Positions 30,416 to 41,391 of a DNA stretch of 64,000 nucleotides are shown here, in pieces. The notes under the pieces are model-generated. The model was not told the DNA's origin and did not search any database. It saw only the letters and a program-made list of their open reading frames with translations. Positions within the stretch are counted from its first letter, which is position 1; every line of letters starts with the position of its first letter. The stretch is from Andalucia godoyi And28 (lineage: Eukaryota; Protista; Jakobida), in NCBI GenBank assembly GCA_009859145.1, contig VRVR01000015.1, positions 175,705 through 239,704 on the forward strand, in the 5' to 3' direction. Position numbers and translations under genes: made by a program.

Positions 30416-31790
30416 TTGTCCCTGGTTACATATTATACAGGATATATTACAAAACAACCCACTGCGCAAACCACTGTTGGATTCCCAGTTCCTTCCGCTA
30501 ATCAAGATGCGGGGCCCTCTGAAATGGACATGAAGACGCTTTGTGTTAGATTGTCCAACATTAACAGGGCGGCATTTGCTTCCTTCGCTTTATTCTGTGC
30601 TACGGGAGGATGCATGCTTTCACTGCATATGATGAGTCACGACATGGTGATCTCGCAGGACAATGCAGACTATTCTGTTTGGTTTATTACCCTGGCACGC
30701 TTGTTTGCATTTGTTTTACATTTTGCGATTGTGTGTGTATGTTACACTCTGTGTTTCAAGATCCGAAGAATGTGCAACTTTGATGAACGAATACCCTGAG
30801 AAAATTGATTTTTGCAAGGATTGGGGTGCCAATCGATCTCTCATGGAAGTCACTTGCATCAGCGGCGAACAGTATTTCGATCGTGAAACCAAAAAACCCG
30901 GCAATCCTTTCGAAATCTCCATTTCAGAGTTGGAGGAATGCACCCTATATGATGATTTTAATTTGATGAGACGTCTAACAGAATGCCACCGGAAACTGTT
31001 TACCGAAGAACTGTGTTATCATGGAACGATTCGAGTTCTGGTTATGTTGTTCATTGTGTTTGGCATTGTTTTTTGGAGTGCCTTTCAATCTGAAAAGCGC
31101 GGATATGCAGTCTGGAATCCCAACATATTTCTACAATGATTGCTGGCTGTTTGTCTTGACGTTCCTCTTTGCCGCAGTTGCAGTGGACCTGCAAATTCTT
31201 CCAGGGGTTGTAGCGGAAATGGTAATGCGTATGTATGAGCATCTACATTTCGTTCACTTGCAGCGACGGAACGCCTTTGAGGCACCGGATATTATGGCCT
31301 CGATCGAAGCGTCCAAGGAGCGTGCGGACCACTTGTTCAGTCAAATCTATCTTGTTGTCAAAAAACTCGGACGCACTTTTTTCAACCTTTGCTTTGCAAT
31401 GGTGGTGATTATCATCTTTACAATCCCTTCCGGTGTAGTTTGTGTGGTTATCTGCTGGAGACCAGCTGAGCACTCGAGTGAAAATGGAAAGGCTGGAGTC
31501 GCCGTTTGGTTTAGTAACATTGGACTCATTACTCAGTCAACATTCATATGCGCGACGTGTCTGAGCATCTCGTTATCCTCTGGAAAAATCGGTGCACATT
31601 ATGTCAGGACTGCTTGCTTTCTTGCCTTTCAACGAATCTCATCGCGGGTTTGGGATGAAGCATCCGCATGTGGCGCTGCACTGGCTCATTGGAAAAGAAT
31701 CCTTGGTATACCGGCTCGGCGGATATGTGCCCGTCAACCTGATAACGCTCCTGTTTCTGCTCTCATGATATAGTCGTGTACAGTTCTTAG
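30416..31790 (+). pseudogene. Frame-broken multi-pass membrane gene, possibly 7TM ion channel / gustatory-receptor-like
   Basis: ORFs 30416-30799, 30663-31139 and 31021-31773, plus a final frame (LIGKESLVYRLGGYVPVNLITLLFLLS*YSRVQF), join through three +1 shifts into about seven hydrophobic segments. Confidence 0.55.
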
Positions 31791-32022
31791 CCAAACAAGT
31801 ATTTCTAGTTTTTTTTGAAGTTCTGCATTCTTTTCGCAGGGTATTGGACTGTGGTTTCCCGTGACATTTTGAATAGAAATCATGAGCAAACAGCAACACG
31901 ACAGGCAACGTAAAACGCAAAAAAAAGAAGAAAAACAGAGCGACGTTAAATGTTGAATCAGTTCACACAAGTCCAGTCGACAAAGAGAATAAATCCAGGA
32001 GGTCTCACATATGGGTTCTACT

Positions 32023-33774
32023 TCATCCGTTCAAATCATACACCGCCTGGCAGAATCTGTCTGCAGCCTGCATCCCACATTCAACAAAGATAGCAGCAAT
32101 AATCGCCTCAACAGCTGTTCCTAACACTTTGCATGCCTGCACATTATGTTTAAACCCGTTCCAGTCAACAAACAATGTTCCACTCCGTGGCTTTTGGCCC
32201 ACAGAATAAAGGATTTATCCGTCACATGTTCCTCGCGAATATCGTATAAACGTTTTTTCGAGGCTCGAGAGGAAGATTCAAACACCAGTGCTGAGGCCCA
32301 CATTCGCTGAACGGCATCGCCAAATCACGCCAGCCCTTCGTTGGAAACCAGTGTTAGACGGCTGTGTTCATGTACGAAAGAAGAGTGCAGGAGCGCATCG
32401 TTCAGCGTGCAATGCAGGTTCATATCCAACGATCTTCCAGATTTGACGTCTCAGCTGCGTCCTGCGAGTACGATGCAATGCAGACAAACGAGGTGGTTGT
32501 TGCCATCGATGGGCCATCGCACGCAAAGACGCATTCGGCCAAACGAATCGTTCGGAAGATCCCAGGGATGAGGAAGATGGGTCGCTCCCACTGTCCACTT
32601 CCTCTTCGTCATCATTGTCTGTCTCTGACGACTCACAATTCGAACCGGATTGAAGCAGAGCATTGTGCCTGTTCTCCATCTGGCATTGGTACTGCCACAC
32701 CAGCTTCTCCATCCGAAAATGTTCTGTCTCTTTGTTCAGTTCCTGTTGCTTCACAAGAATTGCACGAGCAAGTTGTTGCGTCTCATGTTTGGACTGTTGA
32801 AGTGCGGTGTATCGCTGTGACACATCACGCTCCAAGCTCCGTAAATACTGCATGAAAAAGGGCAAACGGAAGTGATATTGGATCCTCACCGAAACAGAAA
32901 CTTACATGAAAACTGAATCATACTTCCCGAACTCTCATCAAATTATGACAAATCTCGACGAAGATACTGCATAATGTGAGATGATTTCTCAAGAACAGAA
33001 TTTCTTGCACCTTAACTGTGCAAACAAAAAGTCCAAGCATCATAACATGATGGATGTGGAACTCACGGAATCAGAGAGGTTTTTGAAATTCGACCCATGT
33101 TGTGAGATTTTCTGTTGGGCCGCTGGAGACCTTGTGAAAGTGCATTGTTTTCATAATCTCTTCTATTCGCGGAAGAATACTACTGGAAGGGATACCTTCG
33201 AACCGAAGAGTCCTGCTCGTTAGAAGTCCTGATTCGTGAAGACTTGGAAGGCATAAAGCATTTTCGACAGTGCAGCGCCACAAGACAACGCTTTCGTTGT
33301 ACCCGATTCTGCGAGGACTTTCAAGCGATGTTCTGAATTCCAACAACTCCATGCAGGGTTGTTTGAATCAAGGGTAGTTGAAGAGATACATTTGGCAACA
33401 GCAAGGATCTGAGACTGGGCTTGCGCTTGTGCCCGAAGGATTTTTGCATTTGTGTCCTCTCGCAATATTCTCAAATCTCGATCGAACTGCTGCGTCAACA
33501 GCGAGATTTCCGAAACAAGTATTGCGTCCAACCGCTCCGCGAAAATGATCGGATCATCAAATGCTGGATTTGAGATTTCAAACTGCAGCTCCAGAGATTC
33601 TGGAGTCGCGCTGATCATCACAAAATTGCATTGCTCTGGACTGCTCAAGATTTTTGAGAGATTTTTCGGCGTAAACAGGAATGTTTCGGGGTGGCAAAGT
33701 GCACAAATACGGCTCCTGAGCAGGACTCGTGAAAAATTTCTCAACGAGCGAAGATGAGTAGCCTCGATTTTCAC
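32023..33774 (-). pseudogene. Pseudogene with C-terminal RNase III domain
   Basis: IVGYE(shift)..LNDALLHSSFVHE...SNEGLA*FGDAVQ...(shift)..KVLGTAVEAIIAAIFVECG matches the RNase III signatures. In-frame TGA at 32325-32327. The upstream part is linked by a putative GTATGA..CAG intron at 32848-32923 and carries further lesions. Confidence 0.72.
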
Positions 33775-35359
33775 GCAGGATAGCCCAAGAAAAATATGGA
33801 TTTCATAGTCGTCCGCAAGTAAACGTGTTTATGGAAATCCACTCTGGACCTGCACTTTGAATCTGCTCGACGTTATGAATGACTGTCGCAGTCTCCGAAA
33901 ACTCCGAGGATGTGCTGGACATAACAGCTTCATTTGCACGATTACGAAGCTCACTCCAGTCCCCAGAATGAGAACTGGAGATTTCAAAGAATATGCTGGA
34001 AGGAGGTTCGGAAGGACAGTCCATTTTGGAATAACAAAAAAATGAGCAGCGAGTGGTACCGAAGTCCCAAGAAATTTTTTGTGCTTGCAAAACAGCAGAA
34101 GTTTGAGAAAAGAGAACGCAACTGAAAAGCAGCGATCCTTCGATTGAAATCAAAAACCTCAGCAGAAACTCCCAAACATCACGGACTTGCCACCAGGGTT
34201 TGAGTCGGATATCGGATATCCGACTGGTCGGAACCTGGTTACGGTAACTCTGTTGTTCACTAGAGAAAAAAATGCGCGATATCCGTCCTGTACGCTAGAA
34301 GGACAGCTGCCGGAAAGCGTTCCGTCAGAACATCTACTTGCATATGTCTTGCAAAGATTCAGCGGTCACTTTCTACTGTCTATGAAGAAGACGTCTGCAT
34401 TTGGAATCTTGCTGCTGGAAACCTACCAGCTGCTTTCGTTGGAGCTCTCACGGTCATTAGATGCATTTACTCGCGTTGGAAAGCTGTTCTTCATTTCTAG
34501 TGGGAACTTCAAATTAGGGGCGCATTTTCAGTCCAACACATAGTCAACGTGCATTTTTGTCGCATTCCCGGATTGGTGGTCGACGATTATTGTAATGGTA
34601 TTACCTTCCTGCTTGCCCGGTGCCAAGGGTCGTACATTTTGATGCCTGCTCTCATTCTTCGCGTGCTCCTTGCACTTGTCGTTTTGCGCAGAATTTACTA
34701 GCGATTTGCAGTTTTGTTGTTTTCTTCTGGTTTCTGCGGGAGCTGTTCTTTTCATGCGGCTTTTTATTTGCATTGGTGACTTTATTAGTTCGTTCGAAAA
34801 CTTCCAGAAATTTGTTTTTACAGATTTCCTCGTGGTTTCGAGAGGATTACTCTTGTAACTCATTTTTTGGCTTTGTTTTTCCCACCAGATTTTTTTGCTT
34901 CAATGTAACGGATTCTCCAAACGAGACAATTGCACTCTGTTTCACCTTGTATATCAAGTTTTTATGAGTGATGTCTTTCTGATGGGGCCAGACGCCCCCT
35001 TAGCTTAGTTGGACTCCTTTTGCTTGCCTAGCAAGTGTCAGGTAAGTCGCGTTGTTGTCATTTGATTGCAGAATTGGCGCCTCCTTGTCTTGCGATACTG
35101 CAGTGGTGAACTCACAATCATACTCTTCGTTGGCTAACAGTACCAGCGTTCGCCGTCAGCTGGCGCTCCAACGGCGGAATCTACGCAGCTTCCTACCCAC
35201 TTGGTAGCTTTCAGGTCCGTATGACTGTCTCCGCAGGTTGACAATGCAGAGAGTTCATGATGCCCAAGGAATTCACAGAAAACAGATGTTTTTGGCTCGC
35301 ATTTTTAAAAATTATTCACACCTATTTTCATTTTGCGAAACTGCACACATCACACCAAC

Positions 35360-36571
35360 TTACTGCTTAATATCTTCATGAAACTCGCAAATCTGCTGCC
35401 AAACAAGACGCTTGACTTGATCCGTGGACAATGCTCCATTCTTTTCGAAACTCCAGTCGAAAATGCGGTCACAATCTGGTTCATTAACACCATTTGCCAA
35501 TCCTGAAAAATAGGGATGCCGGATGGCTTCTGCAGCGGTAATTCTCTTTGTGGGGTCGAATTCCAACATCCGTTCCATGAGATCGACTGCCGCCTGAGGG
35601 GCGGAGGGGACAAGCGACGCTATGGGAACGGCAGGTCTACGTGGCTGCATCCGCAGCCAACGCTTTGCCTGTTCAGACGCCTCCATCTTCCGGAGGATAT
35701 CTTCAGAAGGACTTCCGCAAACTGCAAGAATGCGGTTTAGTTGATCGAGATAATCTCGGCCGGGAAACAGGGGCTTTCGGTTGAACAATTCGGCCATAAT
35801 GCACCCAGCAGACCACACATCGATTGTGGATGAATAATGTCGGGATTGGAGAAGCAGTTCAGGAGCACGGTACCAGCGAGTCACGACATACTCCGTGAGG
35901 TCCGCATCCGAAGAACCGGGCTCAACACCTCGAGCAAGACCCAAGTCGCACACTTTCAAAGTGCAGTCCTTGTTGACCAGCACATTTCCAGGCTTGAGAT
36001 CACGATGAAGAACATGTGCGGAATGCATGTACTTGAGAGCGCGCAAAATCTGATAGACGAAATATTGAACGTGAGCAGCAGACAGGTCCTGAGGAGAGCG
36101 GATCAGCCAATGAAGATCCGTCTGCATCAATTCGGTAACAAAATACACATCGGTGAACAGCGAATACGAGACAGGCCGCATGATATCTCGGAGACAAATG
36201 ATGTTTTCATGAGAACGGAAGAACGACAGGAGACGCAGCTCACGAAGAAGTCGAAGACCCTCGATCGGTTTTTCAAAGGGCTTCGGCACTCGCTTGATAG
36301 CGACATTCATGTTGCTAATGTTGTCCGTAGCTGAGCAAACCACGCCGTATCCGCCAGACCCTAGAGTCTCCAAAAGCGTGTATCTTTTGTGTACCATCCA
36401 TGTTGTTGCCACTTTCTTCGGACGCCCATCAGCGTCCTTCACCTTGAAGAACACCTCAACTTGACGATACGACGCAGGATCAGTGACTATTTTGGTGTCA
36501 TCCATATTCAGCGCTGCGGAACCAGACGAATCTTGCATTTGAGTATCATTATTAGTGTCGTGATCAGCCAT
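35360..36571 (-). CDS. MAP kinase (ERK-type, TEY activation loop)
   Basis: LGSGGYGVV, VAIKRV, HRDLKPGN, DLGLARG, LTEYVVTRWYRAPE. Start placed at MADHDT. Confidence 0.97.
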   Translation of the reverse strand: MADHDTNNDTQMQDSSGSAALNMDDTKIVTDPASYRQVEVFFKVKDADGRPKKVATTWMVHKRYTLLETLGSGGYGVVCSATDNISNMNVAIKRVPKPFEKPIEGLRLLRELRLLSFFRSHENIICLRDIMRPVSYSLFTDVYFVTELMQTDLHWLIRSPQDLSAAHVQYFVYQILRALKYMHSAHVLHRDLKPGNVLVNKDCTLKVCDLGLARGVEPGSSDADLTEYVVTRWYRAPELLLQSRHYSSTIDVWSAGCIMAELFNRKPLFPGRDYLDQLNRILAVCGSPSEDILRKMEASEQAKRWLRMQPRRPAVPIASLVPSAPQAAVDLMERMLEFDPTKRITAAEAIRHPYFSGLANGVNEPDCDRIFDWSFEKNGALSTDQVKRLVWQQICEFHEDIKQ

Positions 36572-37383
36572 TTTGTTTCCTGGGAAAAAGCTGGGATGAG
36601 GGAGAAAGAAAGAAAAAAGAAAAGGAAAAATCAAATCGGATTTGATCAAGGCCCGAACGACAGAGGCAGTCTTCGGCCTTCTCTGAGTCCGCCACAGAAA
36701 TGAGAGATCAGCACAAATTACGGAAGATGGCATACTGGATGAATCTACGACAGTGTTGAGGGGTGCACTTGGCAATGCCTTTTTGAGATCACTTCCGCTG
36801 TGCGTGGAGTGATGTTGTACCTTATGTCTTTGCAGTTTCGAAACGAGGGGGATGGCGTATATCCCGATAGTGAATGACTGAATAAATCAAATGAAATGAA
36901 GAAAATGGAAAAGAAATAAAATCAAGACAACTCGGATTTGTGTATGTGTAGGTGTTTTATGAAAACCGTATCTGAAAGACGGACAACAAAAAAGCATGAC
37001 ATTCGCTTCCTGAACGTTTTGTTCTACTCAAGTTGACCGTGACACGCCATCTTCAGTAGCGCTTGCTGCTGTCCAACCGAGCAGACAACAAGAGAGGTGC
37101 AATCACAGTGCGACACCTTGACGTTTCAACATGCCGATCCACTGGACGTGCAGAAAATTTTGCTGCTGAATCGGCGCACCAGCATTGACTGAAGTTGACA
37201 GTGTCAATGCGAGCAAGAGCGTTGCCGTTTTCAGTTTATTCGTTGCTTTCGAATTTCTGGAAGGGCGTGTTTCTCCCCCCCTTTCCATCTCCATTATCTC
37301 AGCCGCAACAACAACAACATCAACAGCAGTACCAACCTGTTCTCTCCCTATTATCCAATTTTTTGCGTTTTGATACCCCAAGA

Positions 37384-38706
37384 ATGCCACGTCGAAGCGA
37401 GTCTGCGCATCGGTTGCGAACTCTCATATCTGAGTATTGTCGCTCGCCGAGTCCGCCGATGGCTCCAGCGCGAGTCCCGGCGCATCTTGTGGACCACATG
37501 GATTCATTGCTGCCGGGCAAGTTTGAAGGCCATATTGAGGAACGTCGATCGTCTTCCGAGATCGGAAAGGCTGTGCACACTTCTCCTCTGATCGCTCCGA
37601 AGCGCAACCACGGTGTTCGCAGAGACGCTGCCACTCATACAGAAGGAGTCCTACCAGGTGCGATGTCTCAGCGTGGCGAGTACGAGAAGTCATCCACAAC
37701 AATTGGTGCGTTTAATGTCTTGGGAAGAGACTGTCCAGAACGGCAGTATGCTCATGTACACAGAACTGGGTTGCAAGACTTGTTCAAGATTTCGGAGCCG
37801 TCTGTGCTTCCTGGCATGATTCCCGAAGTGAAGGATAGCAAGCATGGATGGGAAAAGTCATCGTCGGTCATTGGCAAGGAAGCAAGCTTTCCAGGAGCTG
37901 CAATACGAGATCAGGCGGCTGAAAAAAAGCTTCAGGAAAGCCTCAAACGAGATATACTAGATAATCACATGTCGTTATTTGGAAATTCATTGTACAATGC
38001 GCATCCAGAATCCCAGTCTTATGGGTCGGCGTTAAAAAATGCAGATGGAACGTTCCGAAATGTTGCGGCTTCTCCACCTACCCGTTTTTCTGGGAACGCT
38101 GCAGTGTTTAACGGCCAGATTTCATTGTTTGCGAAATCTGAGCATATTCCTGAGGATCTTCGTTCGACGTTTTATGACCGAACATCGTCTGCAATCGGCG
38201 TTCACAGTCGGAGATCTCAAACGCCGGACGTTCGTGGAAGAAATGGTGCACAATCTAGAACATTCGAACAGACGGGTGCCGTGTTTCCTGGATTCCAAGA
38301 ATCACGCGAGGAAGCCATAGCCAGGTCTTCCCCGTCTGCTGTCGCAGTTGAGAGACAGAAGATTGTCGGAGAATGCTTGCAGGAACTTTCACGGATCCAG
38401 GAGCAGTCACAAGCCCTACAGGATTCGCTAAACAGACAAACCGTCCGGGAATTCCGCAAGCAAAAGCGAATGGCAGTGCGCGAACAGGTTGCGAAAAATG
38501 AAAGAATGGAGCAGCGTGTCTTTGAAAGGAAGGCAAAGGAAGGTCGTCGGCTGCAAGAAATCGCAGATGCAACTGCGAAATCTCAAACCGCAGCGCTGGC
38601 AGGGTCTTCTCTCAAGTCTAAACAATTTGACGTTACCGAAAGTGTGCAAAATCTGGAAGCGAAAATGTTTAGTTCTCCAATTCGTCGAAGAAAGGGTGTC
38701 ATTTAG
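37384..38706 (+). CDS. Hypothetical protein with SSxxIG repeats and C-terminal coiled coil
   Basis: Long ORF with start placed at MPRRSES; four [YWE]x[KR][ST]SxxIG motifs. Confidence 0.75.
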   Translation: MPRRSESAHRLRTLISEYCRSPSPPMAPARVPAHLVDHMDSLLPGKFEGHIEERRSSSEIGKAVHTSPLIAPKRNHGVRRDAATHTEGVLPGAMSQRGEYEKSSTTIGAFNVLGRDCPERQYAHVHRTGLQDLFKISEPSVLPGMIPEVKDSKHGWEKSSSVIGKEASFPGAAIRDQAAEKKLQESLKRDILDNHMSLFGNSLYNAHPESQSYGSALKNADGTFRNVAASPPTRFSGNAAVFNGQISLFAKSEHIPEDLRSTFYDRTSSAIGVHSRRSQTPDVRGRNGAQSRTFEQTGAVFPGFQESREEAIARSSPSAVAVERQKIVGECLQELSRIQEQSQALQDSLNRQTVREFRKQKRMAVREQVAKNERMEQRVFERKAKEGRRLQEIADATAKSQTAALAGSSLKSKQFDVTESVQNLEAKMFSSPIRRRKGVI

Positions 38707-39031
38707 GCGGAGACAGCGTGCCGCCGCCCACGTTCGAGATGGCCTTCCAGAGGGTATATGTAGATTGTGTGATTCATTGTAATTCCCTTCAATGTGAGTA
38801 ACCGAGCCATTTGTGTAAAGGACATTTCGTCTTAATTTTCGCTTCTCCTTCCTTTCTCTGAGAGGCCCCCACGTGTTCCACAATCGATTTCCTGCCGTAC
38901 GTTAACCCCGCAGACCCAGCTGTCTGAGAGATGCTTTCGTGCAAACAACGATCGAGAAGCCAAGAACGTCTCGAAACTGTTTCATTCTTGATGTTTCATT
39001 TACTTCAGCACACGTTTGTAGGATCGCTGTC

Positions 39032-39433
39032 ATGTCGTCGCAAATGCCCACGGCCAGCAACAGCAGCAACGATGCCGAATTGCCGTCGTTCTTAAATCTC
39101 ATGAATCTTGTGCGGGTACCGTGTTTTCGTCAAGCAATGCTCGGAGGAATTTGGGTTGGCGCTGCATGGGGCGGTTTTTCGTATCTTCGGAACCGCAACA
39201 TCATGCAGGCGTGTAACACAGCCGTATTCGCATGGGCCGGAATGAGCGGCTTGTCGTGGGTGATCTGTCGAGTCGGTTATCGAGAAAAGAGAGACAAACT
39301 GCGACATGCGGTCGAAGAAATGAACAGTTCGCCGGGGAAGATGGTAGTCGTTCAGAACCTTCCAGGAGACGATCTTGTAGAAGCAGTTAGAACGGGAAAA
39401 GCAAAAGCCGCTGAGTATAATGAAAGAAAGTAA
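39032..39433 (+). CDS. COX20: Cytochrome c oxidase assembly factor Cox20 (FAM36A)
   Basis: VPCFRQAMLGGI...ACNTAVFAWAGMSGLSWVICR: two TMs flanked by the family cysteines. Confidence 0.85.
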   Translation: MSSQMPTASNSSNDAELPSFLNLMNLVRVPCFRQAMLGGIWVGAAWGGFSYLRNRNIMQACNTAVFAWAGMSGLSWVICRVGYREKRDKLRHAVEEMNSSPGKMVVVQNLPGDDLVEAVRTGKAKAAEYNERK

Positions 39434-39534
39434 GTCGTGATCATGCTGTCTCTGTTGACGTTGCCCCATCGCTACTTCGATATTTTTTGTTTTTTTTGTT
39501 TTTTTTTGTTTTGCTTTTTGCCGGCATCTGACCA

Positions 39535-39969
39535 TCAGCTCATTGGAACCATTGGAGAAGTAGTCTGGCGATCTGCTGGAGTATTTCGAACGGTGACAGA
39601 GACCGCTTTTCCAATAACAGTTTTGAGATCAATCTTTTGAATACAAATAAAGTAAGCACAACGTCAGAAACACGCCAGAAGACAGGTGCGAAAAACAATC
39701 CACAGCAAACATACTGTCGAAATCAACTCGAATTGGACTGCAGTGTCGCGATCATCGTCAGAAGGAAACACAGCATCCAGTCCACCATCAGAAACAAATC
39801 TTTTGAAAAATGACAAGAAGTCGTCGTTGGGCTGATCCTCTCCTTCGCTTCCCGTTTGCCGAGACTCGTGCGTAGACGTGTACGATGGCCTGTCCGCCGG
39901 CCCTCCAAGAACCAATCTGCGAACAAAAGATGTCATACCTGCAAATAAAAAGGGAATAAGCTGGTCCAT
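39535..39969 (-). CDS. Small hypothetical protein, probably 2 exons (intron 39634-39714)
   Basis: The intron GTATGT..TCTGAC..AAG removes the stop and joins ...FELIST to IDLKTVIGKAV...MS* in phase 0. Start uncertain. Confidence 0.45.
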
Positions 39970-40481
39970 GCGAAACTAAAAAAGAGGTTTTTTCCTTCAC
40001 TGAACTGCATCACCGGATGTGCTCAACGTGTGACCATCGTGTTTCATTTCGTTTTCATCATCTTCGGCCCACTGCTTGAAACCGTACCGTAGTAGGACGG
40101 TTGTAACCCAATAAAAACGAAATCTCCCTTTTCTCTTCCAGAATTTTTCGTTTAAAAAAAACTTGTTTTTACTTTCGCTTTTTGAAAGTCAATCACTCTT
40201 GTAGACATGTGCAGCGATGATGGATCGATATGTGTGTGAAGAACACGTTGTGCATGCATTTGTGTGTGCTGGGGCCTGCCCCCCCTCCCCCAAGAGGGTT
40301 GATTCGTAGGATCGGTTGTCATGCAACATTGCAACAGTACCCAAATAGAATACCAATTCAGTATTGATGCAGTGTATCGCAGGCATATGCGGACTGCGGA
40401 GTGATCAGGAAACCAGGAAGTCTCCCATCCCTTCTTACGATGTCTTACACAATCTATTTACAGGTCTACAAGCCAAAAATA

Positions 40482-41076
40482 TTAAAGCCACGACTCATCC
40501 TGAAGTTCCAGGATCCTGTTTTCTTGAGGAAGCCGCCGACGAAGCAAAAAGGAGTACAATGCAGACAGAAATGAAAAAATCGAAAGAATCACGCCGTAGA
40601 CGATCCAAGCAGGATCGGTATACAGTCCCTGTAAAGTGGAGTGAACAATAACAGATATCCAGACTGCTGGGATGCTCCATGCATGCTAAATAAACAAAAA
40701 ATGAAGTAATCAATATGCTGATTCTCCAAGCAGCAGACGCATCAAAGAGACACATACCACAAACAATGCTTCTCGCTTGTATGACACTGTGCCATACATT
40801 CCCAAAAGAGCACAGGCCGCAAAGATGGTAACAGCCGCATTCGGAGCAGCCAGCGAACAAATCTGCACAATTTGCCAAACAAACAACAACGAAGTAAATT
40901 AGCGTAAGGAGAACGGAAAAAAGGACACAACACAGATCAAAAAAAAACAACAAAAAACCAAACGCCGAGAACCGAAAAGCACATACAAAGTGGACTACGC
41001 AAAAACGAAACCCCCATCTAGACAGACCCTCATCGGAGATGCCGCTGCTCTTGACCGTGCCAGCTGCAGAACTCAT
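40482..41076 (-). CDS. Small multi-pass membrane protein, 3 exons (41076-40987, 40862-40758, 40685-40482; 132 aa)
   Basis: Two phase-0 GTATGT...YAG introns give a stop-free product MSSAAG...VVHF|ICSLAAPNAAVTIFAACALLGMYG...LFV|HAWSIPAVWISV...ESWL*. Confidence 0.7.
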
Positions 41077-41391
41077 AGAATAGCAAATATGCGATGATAC
41101 GTGGGAGAAGAACAATCGCTAATTCGGCAATGCAGAATGGAGGCTGCTCTTTTGGCGTTCAAGAGCAACAAACCTCGGGAAAAATCGAAATCTCTTCCGG
41201 CAAAAAAAAAGGGTCATCAATTGAAGCATCAAGTTCTCTCTGGGATTTGATGCTGAAGTCGTTACGTGTGATTCATGTGTGTGTCATCCTCTGACATCCG
41301 CAGTGCTGCTTTATTTGAAATTGAATTTCAGGATGCCAAAAGCCCTTCTTCTTGCTCTTCTTTCCTCTCAAATCGCGCCTTACAAATAAGA

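Noticed and set aside
30737-30800. Possible 64-nt GTATGT...GAG intron that would repair the first 7TM frameshift
   Set aside because: GAG acceptor and no pyrimidine tract, and no equivalent introns explain the other two shifts. Not excluded, but unsupported.
32325-32327. In-frame TGA at an aromatic position, suggesting TGA=Trp recoding
   Set aside because: Intact genes (PPR, metaxin, XPO1, bL36, COMMD4) terminate with TGA and use TGG for Trp. The in-frame stops co-occur with frameshifts, which fits decay.
34994-35012. GCCCCCT-TAGCTTAGTTGG, resembling a tRNA 5' end with a Pol III A box
   Set aside because: No B box or cloverleaf downstream.
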